Below, piece by piece: positions 9,494 through 18,733 of a DNA stretch of 64,000 nt (its first letter is position 1; every line of letters starts with the position of its first letter). A model generated the notes under the pieces. It did no database searches, was not told the DNA's origin, and saw only the letters and a list, made by a program, of their open reading frames with translations. The DNA is taken from positions 6,707 to 70,706 of the forward strand of contig CAZLUT010000003.1 of NCBI GenBank assembly GCA_964562805.1, written 5' to 3'. The position numbers and the translations under genes were made by a program. This stretch comes from an uncultured bacterium (GTDB taxonomy: Bacteria; Omnitrophota; Omnitrophia; Omnitrophales; CAZLUT01).

Positions 9494-11314
9494 TTATTCT
9501 TTCACCCTCATCGCTATCCTATCCGAATTTTCGGAATACAACTGGGCAATCACCTTATCATATTTTTTCATAACTACCCGTCGTCTGATTTTTAAGGTTG
9601 GGGTAAGTTCTCCTGCTTCAAGACTAAATTCATTTAGAAGTAATTTAATATATTGAATTTGCTCATACTTGGGAATATCTTCGATTCTAGGAGCAATTCT
9701 TCTTACTATGAGCAAGCGAATTTCTTCCAACTGAATAAGTTCCTCTTTTGTCCCGAACGAAAGCTTTTTAAACCCGGCGTAATGCTTTAATTCTTCAAGG
9801 CTTGGCACAATAAGAGCTGTTAAATAAGGCTTCTTATCCCCGATAACTACAACTTGACTTACAAATTTATCACCAACGATGAGTCTTTCAATGTTTTGGG
9901 GAGAAATATTTTTGCCGCCCGCTGTAACAATAATATCTTTTTTTCGGTCTACAATTCTCAAGAAACCTTCGCCGTCAAAAAAACCAATATCTCCTGTAAG
10001 AAGCCACTCGCCGCTTCTGATTTCAGAAGTTGCTTCAGGGTTTTTAAAATATCCTTTCATTAGATTTTCACCGCGAGCCCAAATTTCACCGTCCTCCGCG
10101 ATTTTTAGATCAACTCCTTCAACCGAACAGCCCACCGTTCCGAATTTAAACTTATTAAGACGATTTACGGCCAATACAGGCGCTGTTTCGGTTAAGCCGT
10201 AGCCTTCTATAATTAAAACACCGATAGAATAAAAAAACTCTCCGATCTCCTTAGGGAGCGGAGCTCCTCCTGAAATAAAAAAACGAAGTTTTCCGCCTAG
10301 TATCTTGCGTATTTTTTTGTATACTAAAAACTCAAATAAATGGTTCAAGCTATTGATTACAGGCGGCACCTTCCTTTTTTTTCTCTCAAGCAAATATTTC
10401 TTACGGCTCATATCAAGCGCGAAGGATATCAGGGAACGCCTCAGAGACGTCATTTCAAGAAGCTTATCATTAAATCCAGCATAAATTTTTTCGTAAAGAC
10501 GCGGCACACTGCAGACAATAGTAGGCTTAACTTCTTTTAAATTTTGAGGGACGCTCGCAAAGTTTTCCGCATAATAAATCTGAGCTCCTCTGCTAAGTGC
10601 AAAATAATACCCGGCTGTTCTTTCAAAAACGTGTGATGTTGGAAGAAATGATAAGAAGCGGTCTGTTTCATCAATTGGAAGCGCTGCCTGGCAAGATGCG
10701 ACATTCACCAAAAAATTATGGTGGGTCAACACAACGCCCTTCGGTGCCCCTGTTGTACCCGATGTATAGATGATACTTGCCTCATCAGAACGTTTCACCG
10801 AAGAAGCAACTTCATTCAAAAATTTCTGCGCATTATCGTCGGGCAGGTCTGTTTTGCTTAAAATATCCCACAAAAATTTCTCATTAGATATTTCATCAAA
10901 AGTAATAATAAAACGAAGATAAGATAATCTAGATCGAATCTTCAATATTTTTTGACACTGTTCCTTGGTTGAAAGCAAAATCCCAACAGCTTCAGAATGG
11001 TTCAGCACGTATTCTGTTTCTTCAATATTCATTTGCGGGTAAAGGGGGACGTTGACGGCTCCTCGAGACAGAATCCCAAGGTCCGCTATTACCCACTCCG
11101 GTCTATTCTCGGATAATATGGCTATCTTCTCGCCTTTTTCAACTCCGCTTTTCTTCAAATGATCTGATAATTTCCGGACGAAGCTCACCAACTCTTCTCC
11201 AGATATTCCTTTATAGATACTCTTTTTTTTAGAGAAGAGAATTTTTTTATAAGGAGTTCCTAAAGTTTTTGAAAGCAGAAACTGAGGAATGTTATTGCAG
11301 GATTTAATATCCAA
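9494..11314 (-). CDS. fadD: Long-chain fatty acid-CoA ligase (AMP-binding)
   Basis: YTSGTTGAPKG, GYGLTET, TGDIG, DRKKD, ELTPTLK motifs. Confidence 0.92.
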   Translation of the reverse strand: MDIKSCNNIPQFLLSKTLGTPYKKILFSKKKSIYKGISGEELVSFVRKLSDHLKKSGVEKGEKIAILSENRPEWVIADLGILSRGAVNVPLYPQMNIEETEYVLNHSEAVGILLSTKEQCQKILKIRSRLSYLRFIITFDEISNEKFLWDILSKTDLPDDNAQKFLNEVASSVKRSDEASIIYTSGTTGAPKGVVLTHHNFLVNVASCQAALPIDETDRFLSFLPTSHVFERTAGYYFALSRGAQIYYAENFASVPQNLKEVKPTIVCSVPRLYEKIYAGFNDKLLEMTSLRRSLISFALDMSRKKYLLERKKRKVPPVINSLNHLFEFLVYKKIRKILGGKLRFFISGGAPLPKEIGEFFYSIGVLIIEGYGLTETAPVLAVNRLNKFKFGTVGCSVEGVDLKIAEDGEIWARGENLMKGYFKNPEATSEIRSGEWLLTGDIGFFDGEGFLRIVDRKKDIIVTAGGKNISPQNIERLIVGDKFVSQVVVIGDKKPYLTALIVPSLEELKHYAGFKKLSFGTKEELIQLEEIRLLIVRRIAPRIEDIPKYEQIQYIKLLLNEFSLEAGELTPTLKIRRRVVMKKYDKVIAQLYSENSDRIAMRVKE

Positions 11315-11354
11315 TTTTTATTTTCTGTCTATTAAAAATTAATACTCTACTAAC

Positions 11355-11396
11355 AAAAACTCCTGCGAAAGCCTTAACGCTCTTGCAGGAGTTTTG
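11355..11396 (-). terminator. Intrinsic terminator after the 11436-12170 gene
   Basis: AAAACTCCTGC...GCAGGAGTTTT inverted repeat followed by a T-rich tract on the minus strand. Confidence 0.65.
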
Positions 11397-11435
11397 TGGA
11401 TATCATTATAAGGATCTTCTACCTATTATGCGGAT

Positions 11436-12170
11436 CTAATCAGCTTTCTCTTCTTCACCGACAGTTTCATCGATTTGAGGAATGTCTGGTATCTCGGGCG
11501 TCTTCGGCACCTTAGCCAACCCTTTAACTTCTTTATGAATAACACGGATTCTCTCTTGATTTACAGCTTTTACTGCGATATTTTTTCCAACTGCTGTGGG
11601 ATACATATTGGTTAAGACTTTATTGTAAACTTTTGCTTTTCGAAGATTTTCGTTAACAGCTCCCATTTGCCGGCGAAGCTCTGCCTGCATCTTAGTATTG
11701 TACCGTATGATTTTTTGAATCTCACTTCTAACAACCGCAGGGTTTGATGAAAATTTGGCGCGGTTTGGCGCAGTGGAAGCCTTTGTTCTTACAGCTCTAG
11801 GTGCATCAATTTTTTGAAGGGCTCCCGCAGGCTTGACTCTTCCCGCTCTTTGATCGGCATTTATTTTTTTTAATACCGCAGGCTCTTCGTAGATACCAGT
11901 CGGCTTTTCAATTTTAGACGGTTCCTCTATGGGGGGGGTGTCTGTTATTTTGAAAGTTATTGGTTTTTGGGCGGGTTTTATCGCTTTGGAACGAACTGAG
12001 ACAGTTGTGCTTTTATCAGCTGAATCAACGCCTTTTTTTGTGACTACGGTCTCTTTTTTTGCCACTTTAGGCTTCGCAACATCCTCTTCCTTTTCCCACG
12101 GCCAAGTAAACGCTGATACAAAAAGGGCTATTCCCGCTACTAGCAATAGCCGATTAATTACTCTCCCCAT
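11436..12170 (-). CDS. Secreted or membrane-anchored Lys/Pro-rich hypothetical protein
   Basis: N-terminal hydrophobic segment, low-complexity linker, C-terminal coiled coil; GGTGGA RBS upstream. Confidence 0.7.
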   Translation of the reverse strand: MGRVINRLLLVAGIALFVSAFTWPWEKEEDVAKPKVAKKETVVTKKGVDSADKSTTVSVRSKAIKPAQKPITFKITDTPPIEEPSKIEKPTGIYEEPAVLKKINADQRAGRVKPAGALQKIDAPRAVRTKASTAPNRAKFSSNPAVVRSEIQKIIRYNTKMQAELRRQMGAVNENLRKAKVYNKVLTNMYPTAVGKNIAVKAVNQERIRVIHKEVKGLAKVPKTPEIPDIPQIDETVGEEEKAD

Positions 12171-12292
12171 ATAAATCCACCTTTTTTTTAATAACGACCA
12201 CTAATGAGTATTTCAATATTTAAACAAGACAAAGTATTTTGCCTTATTTTTAACACCTATATCAAGTTTTGTTTATATTTTTTTATTATTTA

Positions 12293-14368
12293 CTAGCGTT
12301 CTCTTGCTAACCGCTTGATGTCAGCCATTACTTCTTCGGTTTTCATCTCTCCGGCTTTAATAAATTTGTCGGGATCATGAAAATCTGCCCACCCCGCTCC
12401 CGGCACCACGGGGTGAACATAAATATCTGCGTCCATACTTTGTTCTTTTGCCATCGTATATTCCATAAATTGGATCGTGTTCATAAGAACGTTAAAAATA
12501 TTGGTCGCCATTCTTTCTTTGAGTGCCTTCTTAAAATTCAAAAAAAGTTTTCCGATACCCTTTTTTGACCGGTACTCCTCATATGCTTCGGCTTTTCTGC
12601 TTTTATACAAAATATTACTTTCCTTGTAGTCTTCGGGACTAAAAAGCACGTTAACCCCAATAACTTTACGGCACCCCGCGTTCTGTAAAATTCCAACAGG
12701 AAGCGGATCTAAAATTCCTCCATCGATAAGATAATGCTGCTTGATAGTAACCGGCTTTAAAATCCCCGGAATCGAAATACTTGCTCTCACGGCTTTAGCC
12801 ACATCCCCCTCGCGTAAAACAACCTCCTCTGAAGTAGAAAGATTAGCAGTTGAAATCAAAAGCGGGATTTTAAGGTCTCGAAATTGAACGTCCCCAATCA
12901 GTTTTCTAAAATACCGTATCATCCGCTTTCCTTTTAAAAATCCCATAAAAGGAAATAAAAAATCGCGAAGACCCACAAGTTTCCAGAAAGCCTGCCACCC
13001 TTTAAGTTTTTTGGCCTCCCGCTCAAGATCCTCTGCCGAAATTCCTGTTGCCCACAATGCGCCAATAAAGGCTCCCATACTGGTTCCGGCAATAATATCA
13101 ACAGGGATTTTTTCTTTCTCCAAAGCTTTTAAAACACCAATATGCGCTAAGCCGAAAGCTGCCCCTCCGCCGAGCGCTAATCCAACCAGCACCTCACCTA
13201 GTTCTCGAGCTAAATACCGAATTGACCGCGAATAAGGGGTTTCGGGATCCTGAAGAACAAACAGCTCCTTACTTTTTTCCGGGTTTTTAAAAAAAGACTC
13301 GTAAGGAATTGTATGAAAAATAGAGTGTTTCAATAAATTTTCACTTTGGCGGAGCGTTATCTTTTTGCTAATTTCAGACTCAACCATTAAAAGACGTAGA
13401 TGCGAAGCTCTAAACTTAAAATAATCCCGAACCTGATCCAGAAATTCACCTGTTTTTGCAAGTATTTCGGATGATTTTTTGGAAAGAATATACGTTGTAT
13501 CTGATTGTTCTATAATTTTTAAGATCAACTCATCAATCTGACATGGAAGATCAATAAAAACATAATCATAATCTTTTAGAAGATGGCTCATTAACGTTGT
13601 AAAGCGCCTGATCGTTTCTTCAGTAATACCCGCTATTTCAACTGAAAGTTCTGATATGCCGTGACGATGCTTATGAATTTTCTGAGGCCAAGCGGCACTT
13701 TCAGAAAATTCAATTTCCTTAATTGAGACTGCTTTATCTTTTTGGGAAGAGCCTGTCTTTCCTCCTTTGTCCGCAGGCGAATTTAGATTAACAATAATAA
13801 CTTTGCGTCCTGTCTCCTTGTGAAGCGAAGCGGCTAAATTATTCAAAAAAATCGTTTTACCGATACCGCGTTCAATATGGTAAACCGAGATAATCTTAGC
13901 TTCCCCCTCAACTTCACTTGATAAAGTCTTCCGGCTTAATCGAATGCCCATCGACCGGGTCAGCTGAAGTGATAAGGGCGGAATTTCCTCAAGAACTTTA
14001 TTAAATTGTTCTTTGTCAATTTGCAAGATGAGAGCGTCGTTTTGAGCCTCAGCACTTACGGTTCTTTTTTGCCCTGTTAAAAGAGAAACTTCTCCAAAAT
14101 AATCGCCGTGATATAGTGTTGAAATTATTTTTAAAGCCCCTGCTTCTTCCTTTTGATAAATCTTCACTCGGCCTGAAACTATTACATAAAAGGCTTTCCC
14201 TTCTTCTCCTTCTTTATAAATCCAGTCATTTTTTTTGAATTCAACCAGGCGAACTCTTTTTTCAAGCTGCCTCAATTGAAATCCTGTCAAAGAAGAAAAA
14301 AGAGGTATATGGGTAAGCTTGTGGCCGCGCCCTATTTCAAATTTTTTACCAAAGAAAAAGAAAGCCAT
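12293..14368 (-). CDS. cNMP-binding plus ParA/MinD-like ATPase plus patatin-like phospholipase fusion
   Basis: cNMP domain (FYVIVSGRV...GDYFGEVSLL...RTVSA); ERGIGKT...DYVFIDLP ParA/MinD fold; patatin GGGAAFG, GTSMG, DGG. Confidence 0.88.
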   Translation of the reverse strand: MAFFFFGKKFEIGRGHKLTHIPLFSSLTGFQLRQLEKRVRLVEFKKNDWIYKEGEEGKAFYVIVSGRVKIYQKEEAGALKIISTLYHGDYFGEVSLLTGQKRTVSAEAQNDALILQIDKEQFNKVLEEIPPLSLQLTRSMGIRLSRKTLSSEVEGEAKIISVYHIERGIGKTIFLNNLAASLHKETGRKVIIVNLNSPADKGGKTGSSQKDKAVSIKEIEFSESAAWPQKIHKHRHGISELSVEIAGITEETIRRFTTLMSHLLKDYDYVFIDLPCQIDELILKIIEQSDTTYILSKKSSEILAKTGEFLDQVRDYFKFRASHLRLLMVESEISKKITLRQSENLLKHSIFHTIPYESFFKNPEKSKELFVLQDPETPYSRSIRYLARELGEVLVGLALGGGAAFGLAHIGVLKALEKEKIPVDIIAGTSMGAFIGALWATGISAEDLEREAKKLKGWQAFWKLVGLRDFLFPFMGFLKGKRMIRYFRKLIGDVQFRDLKIPLLISTANLSTSEEVVLREGDVAKAVRASISIPGILKPVTIKQHYLIDGGILDPLPVGILQNAGCRKVIGVNVLFSPEDYKESNILYKSRKAEAYEEYRSKKGIGKLFLNFKKALKERMATNIFNVLMNTIQFMEYTMAKEQSMDADIYVHPVVPGAGWADFHDPDKFIKAGEMKTEEVMADIKRLARER

Positions 14369-14461
14369 AATGTTGTTTTATCGGCTAAATAAGAAAAAGA
14401 GTTGATTAAAAAGCTTACAGTTTCAAGCTAATTTAAAGATACCGAAGCTGATTAATTAAAA

Positions 14462-14560
14462 CCATCCATTCGGGGTGTTTTTGAGCGATTTGCAAGACTC
14501 TTTCCTTTTTTATTATGAAAAGAGTCTTACCATGAACGAAAAAATATCCCGGATGGGTGG
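14462..14560 (+). ncRNA. Candidate structured RNA (about 100-nt rod hairpin), identity unknown
   Basis: 14462-14482 pairs with 14540-14560 (21 bp, 4 G-U pairs, no mismatch on the + strand); inner stem 14494-14503/14519-14528. Confidence 0.4.
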
Positions 14561-14603
14561 GTTGAGAGCTGTTTGACGAGATAAGATATGCCTGAGGTAT
14601 AAA

Positions 14604-16250
14604 TTATCCCAATATCTTATCCAATACTGCGGTATTCTTTCGAACTTCCGCGCGATATTCCTGTTTCTGCCTCTCAATCTCTTCATCGCTCCAATGCAGA
14701 TAGTCTTGGTAAATCTTGGCAACCGCATCCAGCAAATCCAATCCGCTCGAGGGGGAAAAGAAAAGCAAACTTCTTCTTCTGAGAAAATCGGTCAGCGTTA
14801 AAACCATTTCATCTTTAATTGCATAAACAACCTCCGCCTTAATCACAGGTGAGTAGGGCACAATCCGTTCTTTTAAATCGGGATCGTAATCAAGTAATTT
14901 AAAGATCTCTAATATATTTCTACCATGTGATTGCCATAAGTGATCTTTAATATCGTCACCCAGCTCATAATATTTCGCGCGACGATTCAAATTGACCCGC
15001 TCTTTAAGGCTTTCCTCGTCTTCTTGAATAAGTCCGTTTAAGGAAAGAATGCTCGTATCTTCATATCTCGGTGATTTTCCTATTTTTTTCAACACTAAAC
15101 TCATCACCTTTTCGGCCAAACTTCTAAATGTTGTGTATTTACCTCCCAATACCGAAATTAGACCGCACTCAAGTTCTTCAATCTCATATTCGCGGGATAA
15201 TTTTTCAGAGCTTACACCTTGTTCTTCAACTAAAGCGCGCAATCCCGTAAAACTCGTATAAACATCGCGTTTACCAAGCTGAATATCCGGAACCACCCGT
15301 TTTAATTCCTGAAATAAATATTCTATTTCCTCTTTTAAAGCGTAGCATTCGGAAGGTTTGCCACTAAAGTCTGAATCAGTTGTTCCGATTAAACTAGTCC
15401 CCCCTAACCAAGGAACAACAAAAAAGATCCGGCCGTCACTTGAAGGTGCTGCAATAGCAATCGCTTTTGAATCTTCTTTGGCTTCAAATAAACGCTTTGT
15501 TACTATATGGATTCCTTTGCTCATCCGAACCTTTTTTGAAGTCTGTCCATCCGCGAGTTGCCTGATACTGTCTGCCCAGACGCCGCCGGCGTTAATAAAA
15601 ACTTTTCCTTTAACCCGAAATTCGCGGCCCGTCTTAAGATCCCGAATTGTTGCACTATCAATTTTCCCCTCCTTGTGGCTAAAATTAACAAGTCTCGCGT
15701 AATTTAAAACCGTAGCCCCCATATCAAAGGCCGCTTTAAGCGTTTCAAGACATGCTCTGGCATCATCCATCTGGGCGTCCCAATAAAGACATCCGCCGCT
15801 CAAGCCGTTTTTTTTCATATCAGGAAAAATACTTGCTATCTTTTTTGAGGACCAGTTTTTATGCGGTTTAAATTTTGATTTCTTTGCCAAAAAATCATAG
15901 AGGCTGATACCGATCTGTATTTGCCAAAGCGGCTTTTTATCCTCTTTAAAGACAGGGAACAAAAATGGAAGAGGTTTTACCAAATGCGGCATCAAATTCA
16001 TCAAAACACGGCGTTCTTTTAGCGATTCCTTTACAAGACGGACCCTTCCGTGTTCAAGATACCTTAAACCGCCATGAACCAGCTTAGTTGAACGACTTGA
16101 AGTGCCGCTTGCAAAATCTCCTCGATCAATTAATAACGTTTTAAGCCCTTGTAAACACATTTCCCGGGCAATACCGGCACCTTGAATACCACCGCCGATT
16201 ACAACACAATCAAATTCAGAATTTTCTAAAAATTCAATCTCTCTTTTCAT
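14604..16250 (-). CDS. glpD: FAD-dependent glycerol-3-phosphate dehydrogenase
   Basis: IGGGIQGAG, GTSSRSTKLVHGGLRYL, GGKYTTFR. Confidence 0.95.
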   Translation of the reverse strand: MKREIEFLENSEFDCVVIGGGIQGAGIAREMCLQGLKTLLIDRGDFASGTSSRSTKLVHGGLRYLEHGRVRLVKESLKERRVLMNLMPHLVKPLPFLFPVFKEDKKPLWQIQIGISLYDFLAKKSKFKPHKNWSSKKIASIFPDMKKNGLSGGCLYWDAQMDDARACLETLKAAFDMGATVLNYARLVNFSHKEGKIDSATIRDLKTGREFRVKGKVFINAGGVWADSIRQLADGQTSKKVRMSKGIHIVTKRLFEAKEDSKAIAIAAPSSDGRIFFVVPWLGGTSLIGTTDSDFSGKPSECYALKEEIEYLFQELKRVVPDIQLGKRDVYTSFTGLRALVEEQGVSSEKLSREYEIEELECGLISVLGGKYTTFRSLAEKVMSLVLKKIGKSPRYEDTSILSLNGLIQEDEESLKERVNLNRRAKYYELGDDIKDHLWQSHGRNILEIFKLLDYDPDLKERIVPYSPVIKAEVVYAIKDEMVLTLTDFLRRRSLLFFSPSSGLDLLDAVAKIYQDYLHWSDEEIERQKQEYRAEVRKNTAVLDKILG

Positions 16251-17734
16251 AACACCCTTCTTATTGCTTTAGTCCAATGACTCATTAAAGATTCCCGCAT
16301 TTTGGATTTAATAGACGGTAGAAACTGCTTGGGGCGCGAGGCATCAAATACATCCCGGCCTTCCCAAAAATTAAGATTCATTCCCGCCAATTTTCCCGCC
16401 CCCAAAGCGGTTGCTTCTACAATCTTCGGCCGTATTACCGGAATACCTAATAAGTTCGATTGAAATTGCATTAAATAATTATTTCGGCTTCCGCCGCCAT
16501 CAACCTTTAAAGACTTTAGTTTTGTCTTAGTCTCTTCTCTAAACAAAGCGGCCATTTCAGCCACCGGATAGGCTAATGACTCTAGAGTCGAAGTAATCAA
16601 TTCTTCTTGCGTCGTGCCGCGCGTTAAGCCAATAAAGGCCCCGCGTGCTTCAGGGTTCCAATAAGGGACCCCTAGACCAACAAACGCCGGAATCATAAAA
16701 ACATATGGGTGTGGGTGTTTCTTTCGAAATCGATAGGCAATAGCTTCTGTGTCCGATGCTTTCTTGACCCATCCAAGCTCATCACGAATCCATTGAATCC
16801 CCGCACCCGCAACAAAAACAGACCCCTCAAGCGCGTAGGTCGAATGACCGGTTTTATCAACTGCTAAGGTAGTTAGAAAACCCTTATTGGAAAAAAATCT
16901 CTTTTTACCAAGTTGCACCATAAAAAAAGAGCCCGTGCCGTAGGTGTTCTTGGCTTCTCCTAATCGATAACACTTCTGACCAAAAAGCGCAGCCTGCTGA
17001 TCACCTATCATGGCCGCGATTGGAATTCCATCGGGGAGAAAATTAATATTTTTCGTGTGGCCAAAAATCGACTTTGAACTTAGAACCTTGGGTAGAATTT
17101 TTCGCGGCACTCCAAAAACTTTTAATAAAGGCTCGCTCCAAATTTTGTGTTTAATATCAAAAAGATAGGTCCGCGAAGCATTTGTAAAATCAGTCGCATG
17201 AATTTTACCACCCGTAAGACGCCATAAAAGAAAGCTATCGATGGTCCCAAAAAGAACCTCTCCTTCTTTAGCGCGTTTACGAAGAGCGGGGTTCTCATCC
17301 AGCATCCATTTAATTTTTGAAGCTGAAAAATAAGGATCAAGCGGTAGACCCGTTATTTTTCTGAATTTTTCTTCAAACCCATTTTTTTGTTTTAATTGCT
17401 TAATAACAGGAGTTGTTCTCCGACATTGCCAAACGATAGCGCGTCCGTAGCATTTGCTCGTGTTGGGGTTCCAAAGCACGGCCGTCTCCCGCTGGTTTGT
17501 AATTCCAATGCCTTTGATGTCTTTGAGGTCGACTTTTGATGTATGGACTAAATTCTTAAGAGCAAGTTTTAGTGAGTTCCAAATTTCTTCCGGCTCATGC
17601 TCTACCCATCCTGGTTTAGGATAGTATTGCTTAAAAGAATGGTAGCCATGCCCTTTTACCCTTCCCTTTGGATCAAATAAAAGAACGGTCGTGCCTGTTG
17701 TGCCCTGATCTATAGATAATAAATATGAACTCAT
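16247..17734 (-). CDS. glpK: Glycerol kinase
   Basis: IDQGTTGT, ITNQRET, WQCRRT, GDQQAALFG, KNTYGTG, LEGSVF. Confidence 0.96.
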   Translation of the reverse strand: MSSYLLSIDQGTTGTTVLLFDPKGRVKGHGYHSFKQYYPKPGWVEHEPEEIWNSLKLALKNLVHTSKVDLKDIKGIGITNQRETAVLWNPNTSKCYGRAIVWQCRRTTPVIKQLKQKNGFEEKFRKITGLPLDPYFSASKIKWMLDENPALRKRAKEGEVLFGTIDSFLLWRLTGGKIHATDFTNASRTYLFDIKHKIWSEPLLKVFGVPRKILPKVLSSKSIFGHTKNINFLPDGIPIAAMIGDQQAALFGQKCYRLGEAKNTYGTGSFFMVQLGKKRFFSNKGFLTTLAVDKTGHSTYALEGSVFVAGAGIQWIRDELGWVKKASDTEAIAYRFRKKHPHPYVFMIPAFVGLGVPYWNPEARGAFIGLTRGTTQEELITSTLESLAYPVAEMAALFREETKTKLKSLKVDGGGSRNNYLMQFQSNLLGIPVIRPKIVEATALGAGKLAGMNLNFWEGRDVFDASRPKQFLPSIKSKMRESLMSHWTKAIRRVL

Positions 17735-17845
17735 TTCAAATTTATTTTATCATGAAACCGGAAGTTTTCTATTTAGGATTTTGATAACTTACAACAGATA
17801 TTGTTTTTTTAGAATGAATCTTTTTGTAGTTTTTGGAGAGATAAA

Positions 17846-17887
17846 AAATAAATAGGAAAATACCGCGCAGTATTTTCCTATTTATTT
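17846..17887 (-). terminator. Intrinsic terminator overlapping the PilZ gene stop codon
   Basis: Perfect 18-bp inverted repeat AAATAAATAGGAAAATAC / GTATTTTCCTATTTATTT with a 6-nt loop. Confidence 0.65.
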
Positions 17888-18283
17888 CTCAGGAAGTTCA
17901 GGATCATAGGCGCCAAGCTCGTCAATTTTATCTTCCAGCCAATTATTATAAGCGTAGTCCAGGATTCGGAACTTATCGACAGGATCTAATCCTAGAAAAC
18001 GAACTCCAACATTGTACTTGGAAGTTTTTTCCTGACTCGGGCGACACCACGCAATTTCCCCATGAGCTTTAACCGACTTAGGGTCATCGGGGATTTCAAT
18101 GGTTAAATCGATTTGATTGCCCGGCTTCAACTTCTCATCCGTAAAAAGCTTCAGACCATCACGAGATAAATCTCCTGACAAACCAGAGACTTCTTTTCTC
18201 TCATCGCCGTGATATTTGAAATGTACATTCACAAACGAGTCAAACCTTTTAAAATTTCGCGCTTCATTTTTTTCTTTTAACAC
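17882..18283 (-). CDS. PilZ domain protein
   Basis: RNFKR (RxxxR) and DLSRDG (DxSxxG); GAGGAGGT RBS before the GTG start. Confidence 0.9.
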   Translation of the reverse strand: MLKEKNEARNFKRFDSFVNVHFKYHGDERKEVSGLSGDLSRDGLKLFTDEKLKPGNQIDLTIEIPDDPKSVKAHGEIAWCRPSQEKTSKYNVGVRFLGLDPVDKFRILDYAYNNWLEDKIDELGAYDPELPEK

Positions 18284-18490
18284 TTATCAACACCTCCTCT
18301 AAAGACAACAAAATACAAAAGCTTTTTTTATTAAAAACTTTTGCTTAAGTCTTGAAAGAAAGTTACCACATAGAAGATACCTATTTCAAGTTTTCGGGCT
18401 ATTTTTTTTCACTTTTTTTACTGTTTCTCTTTAATATTTCTACAACTATTGATGTCACTTCTCCCCTTTTAAGAGCAAAAATGCTAACTT

Positions 18491-18661
18491 TTTTAAAACG
18501 AACGAGGACTCTTAATGCGGCAATTGCCGGAACTGTTTGTGGCTTGGTTCTGCCTAGCAAATTAATCAAAGGCAGGCACAAACAGTGAGGCCATAGGTGG
18601 TCGACTGCCGCTGGAGCAGACGAACCACTGGTGACAAATTAAGAGTCCTGTTCGTTTAAAA
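18491..18661 (+). ncRNA. Candidate multibranched ncRNA of about 165 nt (possibly a divergent 6S RNA or a novel motif)
   Basis: Closing stem 18491-18516/18638-18661; hairpins 18532-18586 and 18596-18629; TGcTAACTT extended -10-like element at 18482-18490. Confidence 0.5.
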
Positions 18662-18733
18662 CTGCTGAATTGAAGAAATGCTTTTCGGAATGGCTAGCTG
18701 ATTTGAGTAACTGGTCCCCTGATATTTTTGCTC

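Noticed and set aside
12293-14368. CBASS/Pycsar anti-phage effector (cNMP plus patatin)
   Set aside because: No nucleotide cyclase or CD-NTase nearby; the neighbours are lipid and glycerol metabolism genes.
14462-14560. SRP (4.5S) RNA
   Set aside because: Size and rod shape fit, but the GNRA tetraloop and the conserved CAGG/AGCA internal loop are absent.
18352-18588. Small ORFs 18352-18588 (+) and 18399-18581 (-)
   Set aside because: No recognisable motifs or RBS; they overlap AT-rich promoter-like DNA and the structured element.
18491-18661. Retron msr-msd (a1/a2 inverted repeats enclosing hairpins)
   Set aside because: No reverse transcriptase gene is adjacent or anywhere in the window.
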